A stretch of 63,995 nt of DNA, filler included, from Lama guanicoe (GCA_013239625.1; 176 parts of 176 records of this genome joined end to end with filler, not necessarily neighbours in it), one strand, 5' to 3'; numbered from the whole stretch's first letter, positions 49,272 through 61,905 are shown. The notes: generated by a model from the sequence alone, not told the origin. Made by a program: numbers and translations.

Positions 49272-50963
49272 CCATGAATACTGGGATGCTAAAAATAGTT
49301 TCCATCATATTGACTTTTAAGATTAATCACTGAAAATCATCTCTCCAAATTACTAGAAGATTGTGTCTATATAAATGAGTTATTTTCTGACCATCCAGAA
49401 TACNNNNNNNNNNNNNNNNNNNNNNNNNNNNNNNNNNNNNNNNNNNNTTAATTAATTAANNNNNNNNNNNNNNNNNNNNNNNNNNNNNNNNNNNNNNNNN
49501 NNNTATACACACATACTGTGGTACATTCCATACAATGAAATTCCATTTGATGGAATGCTACATAGCAACAAAAGGGACAAATCTCAAATGCATTATGCTA
49601 ATTGAAAGGAGTCAGACTTGCCAGGCCACATGCTGTTCCAATTTATATGACACTCTGGTAAGGTTAAAACCATAGGGACAGCCATAGGCTGGGGAGTGAC
49701 CACAAAGGAACACCTGGGAAATTATGGGGGTGGTAGAAATGTATTCAATCTTAAGTTGTGGTGGTGGCNNNNNNNNNNNNNNNNNNNNNNNNNNNNNNNN
49801 NNNNNNNNNNNNTTAATTAATTAANNNNNNNNNNNNNNNNNNNNNNNNNNNNNNNNNNNNNNNNNNNNACTGAGAACCAAAACAACAGAATTTGAAACAT
49901 CAAGAAAAAAAATGGACCTGCCCAAAGACAATATCCCAGTCATGGAGGAAAGTTTTCAAGCGATCAAAGATTTTCAGGAGAAAAAACTGACAAAGAGGTT
50001 AAAAACTATGAAGGAGAGGAAAGATAATAGATATGAAAGATTGATCACAGTGATTAAACATGCATGTTAATTTGTTATATGAATACAAAAATAAAACAGA
50101 TGGAATTGAAAAAAATATTTATAAAAGAATTTANNNNNNNNNNNNNNNNNNNNNNNNNNNNNNNNNNNNNNNNNNNNTTAATTAATTAANNNNNNNNNNN
50201 NNNNNNNNNNNNNNNNNNNNNNNNNNNNNNNNNCCCCCTCCCCAGGGACTTCACTGCACCCTCACATCTGGGGACTCCCAGCTGTGCCCCCTTCCCAGGG
50301 ACTTCACTGCACCCTCACATACAAGTGCACTTTATTCGATTCAGTTGTCATCAGGTGTGTGTATAAACTGCTGTGTAAAGGGGTGTGGGGAGAGCAGGCT
50401 CCCAGCCCCAGGGGCAGGGACAGCAGTGGATGGTGGAAGACCTGGGCTGATTCCATGGGTAGCTCTTAGTAGCCTCTATTCTTCTTCATAAACTCTGANN
50501 NNNNNNNNNNNNNNNNNNNNNNNNNNNNNNNNNNNNNNNNNNTTAATTAATTAANNNNNNNNNNNNNNNNNNNNNNNNNNNNNNNNNNNNNNNNNNNNGT
50601 GGATACTGTTTTCATTCCCACAGCCCCAGGCTTGCTGTCCTTGCTCTGTGGGGTACGAGTGAGGAATCAGGATGGGCCACCGTGACTTTCCTAAGGATGG
50701 AGAAGCTGGGAGCTCCCAAGGATTCCCACGGGAAATCCCGGCAGCCAGATTCAGGTCCCGGAGAGCCTGTGGACATGGATGCTGCCGCCAGGGTCTGACC
50801 ATCTGCATGTGACCTCCGACCTCCTGCCCCACACTCCAGTCCTTGATGGAGTGAGACCACAAANNNNNNNNNNNNNNNNNNNNNNNNNNNNNNNNNNNNN
50901 NNNNNNNTTAATTAATTAANNNNNNNNNNNNNNNNNNNNNNNNNNNNNNNNNNNNNNNNNNNN

Positions 50964-51228
50964 CACCCTCCCCTGCGCCCCGCCCGCCGGGTCCCGGCGC
51001 CGCCTGCTCCGCCTCCCGGGCGCTGGGGGCCCCCAGCTCTGGCTCCGCCTCCAGCCGCCAGTTCTGCCCGCCCTGCGTCGGCAGCTCTCAGCCTGGAGCC
51101 AGGAGCGCCTCCTCTCCTCAGGGCTGAGCGCGCCGCCAGCCCGTCAGCGCCGCCTCGCGCGACCCGGCGTGACCCCCGCGCAGCCCCGCCCCGCTCTCGC
51201 GAAGCTCCGCCCCCAGGCAGCTCAGCCC
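50964..51228. promoter_or_regulatory. CpG island fragment with GC boxes
   Basis: Very GC/CpG-rich with repeated CCGCCC motifs; gene not identified. Confidence 0.65.
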
Positions 51229-51328
51229 NNNNNNNNNNNNNNNNNNNNNNNNNNNNNNNNNNNNNNNNNNNNTTAATTAATTAANNNNNNNNNNNNNNNN
51301 NNNNNNNNNNNNNNNNNNNNNNNNNNNN

Positions 51329-51593
51329 CTCTTGTTGCAGTGTGCAAAATTGCCCAGGCGAGGGCAAAGCTTGGAGGGGGGAAGTCTAGTTGGCAATTAC
51401 ATGTTCTCAATCCTGGCTGCACAGGAGCATCACCTGGGGACCGCTAAACATGCAGCGGTGGAACCCAGACAGCACTTTTTTTTTTCTTCCAGCTCCCCAG
51501 TAGTTCCCACGTGCAACCAGAGTTGAGAACCGCTCCATTAGGGGTACTGGAAGATGTTCTGTATGGCTGGAGTACAGAGGGTTATGGTGAGTC
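51329..51593. repeat. Reverse-complement bubble partner of 14559-14822
   Basis: Identical 49-bp ends, 7 substitutions and a T9/T10 homopolymer indel that explains 264 versus 265 bp. Confidence 0.95.
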
Positions 51594-53344
51594 NNNNNNN
51601 NNNNNNNNNNNNNNNNNNNNNNNNNNNNNNNNNNNNNTTAATTAATTAANNNNNNNNNNNNNNNNNNNNNNNNNNNNNNNNNNNNNNNNNNNNGGGAGGA
51701 GGGGACAGGCTGGACACCTCCTGGATGTCCCCCCGCCGGGTTCGCCGGAGACTACCCGATGGGCTTCCGGTCCCCTGGCTGGGTTTCACACGACAGTGAC
51801 CAGCCTGGCCAGGCCTGCCAGCAGCGTGGAGGCAATTAACTTTTTAAAAAAGCAAGTGCCTATTTATTTCCAGAAATGATGCCAGAGGTGGTGGGTAGGA
51901 GCACGCCGTGGCTGTGCTCTCCCAACCCGGTTTCCGACATTTTGTTGCAAAAATTTTCNNNNNNNNNNNNNNNNNNNNNNNNNNNNNNNNNNNNNNNNNN
52001 NNTTAATTAATTAANNNNNNNNNNNNNNNNNNNNNNNNNNNNNNNNNNNNNNNNNNNNAACAACAACAACAACAACAGCAAAAACCTCCTTTTCCAAACA
52101 CAGTCAACTTATTTTCCGGTCACATTGGACCAGCCCTTGCCCTTGCTCACGTCGTGGCTGAAAAGGAAGCTGAGAAAGAAAGGATCTAGCATTTTGACTT
52201 CGTAGTAAGAAGTGCCTCTGCTAATTAAAAAACAGGACGAGGAAGAAGAATGACAGTGGTGCCATCAGTACCAGCAACCATCCATCAGTTTAGTAGTTAT
52301 TAGCCGATGGCTAATTACATACCNNNNNNNNNNNNNNNNNNNNNNNNNNNNNNNNNNNNNNNNNNNNTTAATTAATTAANNNNNNNNNNNNNNNNNNNNN
52401 NNNNNNNNNNNNNNNNNNNNNNNTAAAGGCCTCAGTTTAAAGTACCAAGTGGGAATATTTGTGATGGTTTGAAATGTGTGACCATGAATCCTCTCCATCC
52501 AGGCGATTTAGTCCCTCCACCCTTGAACAAACCAACACAAGCCATGTCCCTTGCCCTTGCCGCTCTCCATCTAAACCTCCCCTACCTTCCAAGGCCCACC
52601 TCCAGCCCCAACCCCTCTGTGTCTGGTCCAGACATCCTGCCTCTGCCGCCCTTAGTACCACCAGTCCCTGACTACTTAGTCCCTGCTTNNNNNNNNNNNN
52701 NNNNNNNNNNNNNNNNNNNNNNNNNNNNNNNNTTAATTAATTAANNNNNNNNNNNNNNNNNNNNNNNNNNNNNNNNNNNNNNNNNNNNAACCATGTCAGT
52801 GCCCTCTGTCGAATTTCAGGAGCCAGGTCTGTTTACTCTGAGTTCACTAATAGTAAATTTTTTAAACAAATTTTCTTTGTCATTAAATAAATATTTTTCC
52901 CAACATTCTTGCCACCTTGTAGGACAATGCCAATTCTTTTGTTTTCCTTTGGTTTTGTGGCCCATGAGGAAAATATACTCGTCTGTTTTCTCTTGAGAGT
53001 TACTCAGAAGGAGCATCGCAGTGAGTGTGGATGAAGAATTGTGGCAGCGAATANNNNNNNNNNNNNNNNNNNNNNNNNNNNNNNNNNNNNNNNNNNNTTA
53101 ATTAATTAANNNNNNNNNNNNNNNNNNNNNNNNNNNNNNNNNNNNNNNNNNNNGTGGCTGCAGAGGCTGGGCTGCAGGCTTGTCTTCACTGGGGGGTGGC
53201 AGTAGCTGCTGATGACTTGATGGCTTCAGCATTTTTTGTTTACTGAATGGTTTGCAGTATTTTTCCGTTCACAGTATCAAGGAATTAGTTCTATCTCAGA
53301 GCCAGTGTCAATTGTAACTGGAGAGTTTTCGGTTTTCCTCTATT

Positions 53345-53417
53345 TTGGAGGGGTGAGGTAATTAGGTTGATTGATTGATTTTTAATGGCAGTACTGGGGA
53401 TTGAACCCAGGACCTCG
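53345..53417 (-). mobile_element. Vic-1-type SINE 3' part
   Basis: 'gaggtaattaggtt...tttaatggcagtactggggattgaacccaggacctcg'. Confidence 0.8.
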
Positions 53418-54977
53418 NNNNNNNNNNNNNNNNNNNNNNNNNNNNNNNNNNNNNNNNNNNNTTAATTAATTAANNNNNNNNNNNNNNNNNNNNNNNNNNN
53501 NNNNNNNNNNNNNNNNNGATATTTATTATTTACAGTTCTGGAGATTGGGAATTAAATTAAATGATGAAGGTGTGGGCAGATTTGGTGTCTGGTGAGAGCT
53601 ACAACTGTCTTCTCACTGTGTCCTCAACACATCAGAAGGGGTAAAGGAATTCTCTGGAGTCTCTTTTGTAAGAGCACACAAAAAAATTATAAACATGTGA
53701 GGGAATAGAGGTGTTAACTAACCTTATTGTAGCAAACATTCTGCAATATATACATATATGTAATCATCACATTGTATAGCTTNNNNNNNNNNNNNNNNNN
53801 NNNNNNNNNNNNNNNNNNNNNNNNNNTTAATTAATTAANNNNNNNNNNNNNNNNNNNNNNNNNNNNNNNNNNNNNNNNNNNNAGTGGGAAGGGATAAATT
53901 CTGATTTTGAAAATTGCACCTCTTGGGGATTGCTGAAAATGTTAGCTATCATGAGTGTGGTAGTAGTTTCATGGGTGTAGATATGTATCAAAATTCATCA
54001 AAGTGTACCCCTGAAATATGCGTAGTTTACTGTATAGGAATCATACCACAATAAATATTGTTTTAAAATAAAGGAAATCAACATGAGAAGGATGCCACGA
54101 CCTCACACTAGGTGGTGACCAGAAGGAAGGAATGGCTACTGAAGATCNNNNNNNNNNNNNNNNNNNNNNNNNNNNNNNNNNNNNNNNNNNNTTAATTAAT
54201 TAANNNNNNNNNNNNNNNNNNNNNNNNNNNNNNNNNNNNNNNNNNNNTCCTGTGTTCTGTTTCTGTATACTCTTTATATATGGACTTTACAGAGTCACAG
54301 CACATGGGGTCTTCTAGGGCCTGGACCCCAGACTTTCTGTTCCTCCTTCCTTCAGTGTAGAAGTCTGTGGGGAGTCATCTGGATGGCCATGGGAGCCAGC
54401 CCAGGAACCTCACCAAGGGGAGGAATGTGATGTGCTTGGCAGCTGTGGTCTAGTACAGGCTCCTGGTGATGGCCTGTTAAAAAGCAGAGGCATCTCTCAA
54501 TACCCAGTGTCTNNNNNNNNNNNNNNNNNNNNNNNNNNNNNNNNNNNNNNNNNNNNTTAATTAATTAANNNNNNNNNNNNNNNNNNNNNNNNNNNNNNNN
54601 NNNNNNNNNNNNCTACATCTAACACTGGATTCATGGTGTTAACCTCTAAATCTGTCTTCTGTGGTGTTTCCCAGGTCCGTAAGAGGACAGCAGCTCGCCC
54701 ACTGGCACGCCTGTTCATTCACTCGACACACACCTGTTGTGTGTCAGCAGTGTATCAGGGACCGCGCTGCAGGTCAGGGATGCAGTGATGGCTAGGCAGG
54801 TCGTGACCTGCCCTCACTGGTCCTTCATGTCTTTTCCGTATCCTTTACCCATCACATCCAATCTGTTACTAAGTCCTNNNNNNNNNNNNNNNNNNNNNNN
54901 NNNNNNNNNNNNNNNNNNNNNTTAATTAATTAANNNNNNNNNNNNNNNNNNNNNNNNNNNNNNNNNNNNNNNNNNNN

Positions 54978-55242
54978 AGGGGTGGCTGTGGGTCCTGGCT
55001 GAGAAGGGACAGGATTCCAAATGGATTGAAGAAAAGCAGCTGCCCATCAGAACAAACCCAAGACTTGCTGGAAGAGATTGACAGGCTGACAATGGAAGAG
55101 GACCAGCTGAAAAAGGAAATGCAAGACACAAAGGGTCAGAACGAGCTGCTAGGACTCCCAGTGCTAGAACTTGAAGAGACCTTGTCTGCTGTAAACTCTC
55201 AAATGGAGCAGACACTGTCTTTGACCCCACACTGAGATTCAT
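54978..55242 (+). pseudogene. JAKMIP1: Processed pseudogene of JAKMIP1 (C-terminus of the short isoform), two frameshifts
   Basis: LAEKGQDSKWIEEKQLPIRTN / QDLLEEIDRLTMEEDQLKKEMQDTKGQNELLGLPVLELE / RDLVCCKLSNGADTVFDPTLRF versus recalled JAKMIP1 QDSKWVEEKQLLIRTNQDLLEKIYRLEMEENQLKNEMQDAKDQNELLEFRVLELEVRDSICCKLSNGADILFEPKLKFM; shifts near 55058 and 55175. Confidence 0.82.
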
Positions 55243-55707
55243 NNNNNNNNNNNNNNNNNNNNNNNNNNNNNNNNNNNNNNNNNNNNTTAATTAATTAANN
55301 NNNNNNNNNNNNNNNNNNNNNNNNNNNNNNNNNNNNNNNNNNCGGTGGAATGTTTAAGACAGATCATTGCACAATGCATACACCATCTGCATAGCAGGGA
55401 TCTAAACATTTTCCTTTCGGGGTGAAAGGAGGCATTTTTCAGACTAACACTGTACCACCACCACTTGTGAACTTTTTGACCCAGGGCAGTTACAATAACC
55501 CCATTAATCCTCATTTTTCTTATCTGTGAAGTTAGAGTAACTATATCTACTCTGTAGAACTAATTACGAGGTTTAAAGGAGATAAAGCACACACTAACTA
55601 GCCCAGTNNNNNNNNNNNNNNNNNNNNNNNNNNNNNNNNNNNNNNNNNNNNTTAATTAATTAANNNNNNNNNNNNNNNNNNNNNNNNNNNNNNNNNNNNN
55701 NNNNNNN

Positions 55708-55971
55708 AAAAAAAAAAACAGGACACCAGTGAACTCATCTATAAAACAGAAACAGACTCATAGACATAGTAAACAATCTTATAGTTACTGGGGGAAAGGG
55801 GGTAGGAAGGGATAAATTTGAGAGTTTGAGATTTGCAAATGTTAGCAACTATATATAAAAGTAGATTTACAAAGTTTTTTCTGTATAGCATAAGAAACTA
55901 TATTCAATATCTTGCAATAACCTTTTTAAAATATATTTTTATTGAAGTATAGTCAGTTTACAATGTTGTAT
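55708..55971 (+). mobile_element. Lineage-specific L1 3' UTR abutting an oppositely oriented L1 tail (~55925-55971)
   Basis: 'gaactcatctataaaacagaaacagactcatagacatag...tgtatagca...tatattcaatatcttg' then 'ttttattgaagtatagtcagtttacaatgttg'. Confidence 0.85.
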
Positions 55972-56436
55972 NNNNNNNNNNNNNNNNNNNNNNNNNNNNN
56001 NNNNNNNNNNNNNNNTTAATTAATTAANNNNNNNNNNNNNNNNNNNNNNNNNNNNNNNNNNNNNNNNNNNNCTTTTGTTCCATCCTCTAGCTCCTAAGCC
56101 CTCTGTGTCTCCCACCTGCGACCCTCCCACCTCTAAGCAGGACGCCCCTTCTCCCGCAGCATGTCCACACCTGTCCTTCGAGACTACTTACATCTTTCCT
56201 GGCAGAACTGGAGTCTTGCCTTGAGTCCTGGCCTCTGTCCCTCCATCTGCATCCAGATGTCCTGGGACATCGCCTGCCCTGTCCCAGGAGAACTGGGACC
56301 CCCTGGGCTGGGCGTTGAAGGGGCTTCAGTCCACTCNNNNNNNNNNNNNNNNNNNNNNNNNNNNNNNNNNNNNNNNNNNNTTAATTAATTAANNNNNNNN
56401 NNNNNNNNNNNNNNNNNNNNNNNNNNNNNNNNNNNN

Positions 56437-56701
56437 GTATCATTTCACACTGGTCAAATGGCTATTATCAAAAAGTCTTCAAATACTAAGTGTTGGAGAT
56501 GATGTGGGGGAAACAAATCTCTGTATACTTTGATAGGAATATAAATTGGTACAACTTCTATGGATAACAGTATTCAGATTTTTTAAAATTTAAAAGAGAA
56601 CTACCATATGAAAAAGTAATACCTCTCCTAGGAGAAATCTTGGCAAAAACACTAAATTGAGAAGAACCAGTGTTCACAACAGCACTGTTTATAATATGCA
56701 A
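56437..56701 (+). mobile_element. LINE-1 ORF2 C-terminal fragment
   Basis: 'atggctattatcaaaaag...tgttggagatgatgtgg...gaatataaattggtacaac...gaactaccatatga'. Confidence 0.85.
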
Positions 56702-58261
56702 NNNNNNNNNNNNNNNNNNNNNNNNNNNNNNNNNNNNNNNNNNNNTTAATTAATTAANNNNNNNNNNNNNNNNNNNNNNNNNNNNNNNNNNNNNNNNNNN
56801 NGCCCATTGGATCCTCCATCCTCCACCAAGTAGGAGCCAGAATCTCTGCAATTCTTTTCTGGTTGGAGGTGGAAGGGTACCCCAGAAGCCTCGCCCGGCA
56901 GAGCAGCCCTCCCGCACTGAAGAACCCAGGTGAGCTGGAACAGGACAGGGAGGGCAGTGTCAGTGGGCTCGCCCCCAACACTAGATCCCACCCCCAACCC
57001 CGTCTCCACAACAGGGATTGCCAAAGGCAGCTGTTCTCTCTAAGTGTCCATGGGACAGGGAGGTGGNNNNNNNNNNNNNNNNNNNNNNNNNNNNNNNNNN
57101 NNNNNNNNNNTTAATTAATTAANNNNNNNNNNNNNNNNNNNNNNNNNNNNNNNNNNNNNNNNNNNNCCGGGACAGATCCCTCTCTCACCCTCAGAAGAGA
57201 CCAATCCTGTGGCTTCAATAGCAAACACACACTTTATTTCCTCTTCTTATTTTCATGAGAAGAGACTGAAAGCTGCTGTTTATGCAAGGGGCCACCCTGG
57301 TCAGTTGTTTTCAGTCTTTTGGTCCTTATGCCTTTCACAGATCTGATTGAAATGCTGGATCTCTTCCTTATTAGTTTTGTAGTCTTGGACACGTACCATA
57401 ATTTAGTTGAGACTTGTTTTCATTATCTGCANNNNNNNNNNNNNNNNNNNNNNNNNNNNNNNNNNNNNNNNNNNNTTAATTAATTAANNNNNNNNNNNNN
57501 NNNNNNNNNNNNNNNNNNNNNNNNNNNNNNNTGTTGGTAGAAGTATAAATAGTTTTAATCATTCAGAAAAAAATTCAGATATATCTCGTATCTCAGTATT
57601 ACCGCCTCAGAGAAAATATCCCCCATGCCCACAAGGGGGCGCACCTAAAGGTTCTCCACATAACACTGCTTACAGAGGTACGGAGTTGGAGGCAACCTAG
57701 ATATCCTCCATTAGGGAAGCACGTAAATGACTTTTTTAAATAGAATAAAAAGTGTGGATGTATGCTCTGCAATACAACACAGCAAATCTTGCTGAANNNN
57801 NNNNNNNNNNNNNNNNNNNNNNNNNNNNNNNNNNNNNNNNTTAATTAATTAANNNNNNNNNNNNNNNNNNNNNNNNNNNNNNNNNNNNNNNNNNNNGGCT
57901 TGTGATTTAATTTTGTAGAGGCAGATGGCAGGTGCCAGCTTTTAGCTGGCATTACCATTCTGCCATCGCTGAATCTCCCACCATTATGGTCACTAAACTA
58001 TAAGAGGACAAATATCTATGCACTGTCTAGAAAACTCAATTTTCAAAATATGTAATATCATGAAGCATTCCTAACAGCATGATTAGACTTATCGTATGAC
58101 CCAGGAATCCCACTCCTGGGCGTATATCCAGAAGGAACCCTGCTTCAGGATGACACCTGCANNNNNNNNNNNNNNNNNNNNNNNNNNNNNNNNNNNNNNN
58201 NNNNNTTAATTAATTAANNNNNNNNNNNNNNNNNNNNNNNNNNNNNNNNNNNNNNNNNNNN

Positions 58262-58521
58262 TTCTATATTCTAAATTCTATATTCAGTATTCTGTATTCT
58301 ATAATCAAGATTCTTTGATCTGCATTCAATGTACTCAATTCTCGGTTTTGTATTGTGTTTTCCATATTCTCTATACTTGGTTCTATATTCTATATTCTGT
58401 ATTAAATATTCTACATTCCGTATTCTATATTCTATATTCATTGTTCTACATTCTATATTCTAAATTCCATAATCAGTATACCGTATTCTATATTCTATAC
58501 CCTGGGTTCTACATTCTATAT
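58262..58521. repeat. Degenerate 7-bp tandem repeat (TATTCTA)n
   Basis: Period-7 'tattcta/tattctg/cattcta' units fill the whole contig. Confidence 0.9.
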
Positions 58522-58986
58522 NNNNNNNNNNNNNNNNNNNNNNNNNNNNNNNNNNNNNNNNNNNNTTAATTAATTAANNNNNNNNNNNNNNNNNNNNNNN
58601 NNNNNNNNNNNNNNNNNNNNNCATGACCCCCAACCACCACTACTCTGTCACCCTTGAAACCTCTCACTTCGTTGTTTCAAGTTTGAGGAAAGGACTGCAC
58701 TTGCAGGGTGCGGTAGGAGGGAAGCTTTTTGGGAGGGAGGAGGGAGGTGAACGGGAGGTGCAGAGGTGAGGAGACCATGGAGAATTTTGCAGGGGAACAG
58801 AAGGGGCTGAACACATGGTGGACACAGGTTTTAGGACAAACTTGTGATAGAATGGGAGAAACTCAAGCACTGTTATAGGAAAGAATNNNNNNNNNNNNNN
58901 NNNNNNNNNNNNNNNNNNNNNNNNNNNNNNTTAATTAATTAANNNNNNNNNNNNNNNNNNNNNNNNNNNNNNNNNNNNNNNNNNNN

Positions 58987-59250
58987 GATCACATGGTAAC
59001 TCTATTTTTAGTTTTTTAAGGAACCTCCATACTGTCCTGCATAGTGGCTGCATCAATTTGCATTCCCCCCAGCAGTGTAGAGGGATTCCCCTTTCTCCAC
59101 ACCTGCTCAGCATTTATTATTTGTAGCCTTTTTTGATGATGGACATTCTGACTGATGTGAGCTGATACCTCATTGTAGTTTTGATTTACGATTCTCTAAT
59201 AATTAGTGATGTTGAGCATTTTTTCATGTGCCTGTTGGCCATCTGTATGT
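58987..59250 (-). mobile_element. LINE-1 ORF2 C-terminal cysteine-rich region
   Basis: [39 protein letters not shown], the L1 HCWWECKLVQPLW motif. Confidence 0.95.
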
Positions 59251-61175
59251 NNNNNNNNNNNNNNNNNNNNNNNNNNNNNNNNNNNNNNNNNNNNTTAATT
59301 AATTAANNNNNNNNNNNNNNNNNNNNNNNNNNNNNNNNNNNNNNNNNNNNAGAATTAGACTGCGTTCTCTGGCCCTTTTACATTTTACTGAGGTCCCAAA
59401 GCTAGTTTTCACTCATGGAATGTGAATAGAACTGAAGTATATTGCTTCTGTGCCTTCCCCGTATCATCTCTCCTCCCACCCCTAGGTCAGATGGTGAAGA
59501 TCCAGAAGGTTATTCTGAGCCCCTGGATGATGCTGGAGCCACCTGGGTCCCTGAGTGTCTGCACAGAGCAGAGCATCCTCCCCAGTCCAGTCAACTTGAA
59601 TCAGACTATGACATGNNNNNNNNNNNNNNNNNNNNNNNNNNNNNNNNNNNNNNNNNNNNTTAATTAATTAANNNNNNNNNNNNNNNNNNNNNNNNNNNNN
59701 NNNNNNNNNNNNNNNGAAGCTCCTCCCCCTCCCCCTGAGTGGGAATAGGAAATGGAAGAAAACTTAACAAGGCTGCAAGTTAGAAAATGTAGTGGATTAA
59801 CACAAAAATGAAGTTGCCAATCTATTCTGCAGCAACATGGGTGGGGTCAGTCCAGATAGTCTGATACCCGTGGGATCAAAGAGCCTTGAAGGGAGAACTG
59901 CTCACTGGAGAAGTATGACCAATTGTCTTCAAGTGGAAAGAACTGAGGCTCCCAGCAAGATTGTGTTGTCACGAAATTATNNNNNNNNNNNNNNNNNNNN
60001 NNNNNNNNNNNNNNNNNNNNNNNNTTAATTAATTAANNNNNNNNNNNNNNNNNNNNNNNNNNNNNNNNNNNNNNNNNNNNTCCTAGGAGTGGGTTGAAGG
60101 GAAGGAGGGAAGAACCAGCCGCTCTAAACGCCGATCAGTCACTGAAGAGGCTTGTACGATTGGCAAGCCCTTTATCTTCTGGAGTCGGGGAGGTCTCGCC
60201 CCCACTCCAAGGTCTGGAGCAATGACTCGGTGAGCGGGCAGAACTCTGCTCCAGGCGTCCGCACGGCTCCACGTCCAAAAGTCCATTTTTCAAAGTCTTT
60301 GTATCAGACGCCCTGCTAGACGGCTCCCCTCAGACTCCCAGAGAGNNNNNNNNNNNNNNNNNNNNNNNNNNNNNNNNNNNNNNNNNNNNTTAATTAATTA
60401 ANNNNNNNNNNNNNNNNNNNNNNNNNNNNNNNNNNNNNNNNNNNNATGCTCTGGGGCTCTGGTGGAGTCCTTTTTCCACCCTGCTCTAATGGGCCCTCCA
60501 ACAATGCACTGAAGGAGCCAACAATTTGCCACTGAGGCTGGTTTGAAGAGGATCCCAGTCTCCCCTCCAATGGGTCCCTAGGGGGTGGCCTTTCCTACTG
60601 CACCCCACAAACTATAAGCTACTTACTCTGTTTCACACTAGGACTGGCTTTCCTCTGTTTGGAAGGTGACAGTAAGGTATTTTAGGCAGACATGGTTCAA
60701 AGTCTAACTGNNNNNNNNNNNNNNNNNNNNNNNNNNNNNNNNNNNNNNNNNNNNTTAATTAATTAANNNNNNNNNNNNNNNNNNNNNNNNNNNNNNNNNN
60801 NNNNNNNNNNAAGGATTCAGCCAGAATGACCAGGAGCCAGGGAAGGAAACCAGACGAGAGACTCTCAGTCAGTGAGGGTCATGGAGAGCATCTGGGAAGA
60901 GCAATTGCCAGAATCCATGTGAGAATCCACGTGAGAAACCACGTACAAAACCAGGTCCAGAGAGTCCCAGGTAGGCTGGCGTTCAGGAGGCGAGCTGGCG
61001 GGGAATCTGGATGGGTGGATCTGGACGCCGCACATGGATGGGCTTGGGAAATCTCGGAATCCTCATGACCAGCTGNNNNNNNNNNNNNNNNNNNNNNNNN
61101 NNNNNNNNNNNNNNNNNNNTTAATTAATTAANNNNNNNNNNNNNNNNNNNNNNNNNNNNNNNNNNNNNNNNNNNN

Positions 61176-61397
61176 TTCCTAATTAGTCAACTTTTGTTAT
61201 ACCCTACCTGTATGTGATGTTGCAAAGTGTAAACTGGCAGCCTATAAAAAAGCATGTGTAAACCTACAGACGTGGTCCAGAGCTTGGAGTGTTAACTCCT
61301 CTGTGCCCACTGGTGTAATAAACCTGAGTTCTCAAACTCCCCGTGTGCCGGGATCCAGGTTGCTATAACAACTGAGCTGTAATACTGAGCTGTAACA
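61176..61397 (+). mobile_element. ERV LTR 3' part (U3-R-U5)
   Basis: TATAAAA at 61243, AATAAA at 61317, duplicated 'actgagctgtaa', ending near 'tgtaaca'. Confidence 0.65.
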
Positions 61398-61905
61398 CAT
61401 TTTTTCTGCAACATTTCAACAATAACAATATATCAATATANNNNNNNNNNNNNNNNNNNNNNNNNNNNNNNNNNNNNNNNNNNNTTAATTAATTAANNNN
61501 NNNNNNNNNNNNNNNNNNNNNNNNNNNNNNNNNNNNNNNNTGTATTCATAACATTCCAATCAATTAATACACTGAAAATTCATACTAACGTATTATAAAA
61601 CGTTTCCCCCAGTTTTTTCACATTACCAGCGGCATTGCCATGAACATTTCTCTGTGCATCTTTCAAACACACGTGCAAAAACTTCTTCGCAGGATGGAAT
61701 GAAATTGAGCTGGGCGAAGGTGTGCAAATATTCAGTCTTATCGGGATTGACAAACCGCTTTCCCAAATAACTGTATCAATTTTAACATCTTCTAGAATAT
61801 ATAAANNNNNNNNNNNNNNNNNNNNNNNNNNNNNNNNNNNNNNNNNNNNTTAATTAATTAANNNNNNNNNNNNNNNNNNNNNNNNNNNNNNNNNNNNNNN
61901 NNNNN

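Noticed and set aside
52424..52688. Proline-rich ORF resembling a retroviral Gag p12 or Env proline-rich region
   Set aside because: No diagnostic motif recognised; C-rich composition alone explains the prolines. Left unassigned.
58315..58569. Hydrophobic Tyr/Phe/Ile-rich ORF resembling a membrane protein
   Set aside because: It is the translation of the (TATTCTA)n repeat.
60081..60345. CpG-containing contig resembling an ERV leader or L1 5' UTR
   Set aside because: No primer-binding site or family motif could be identified with confidence.
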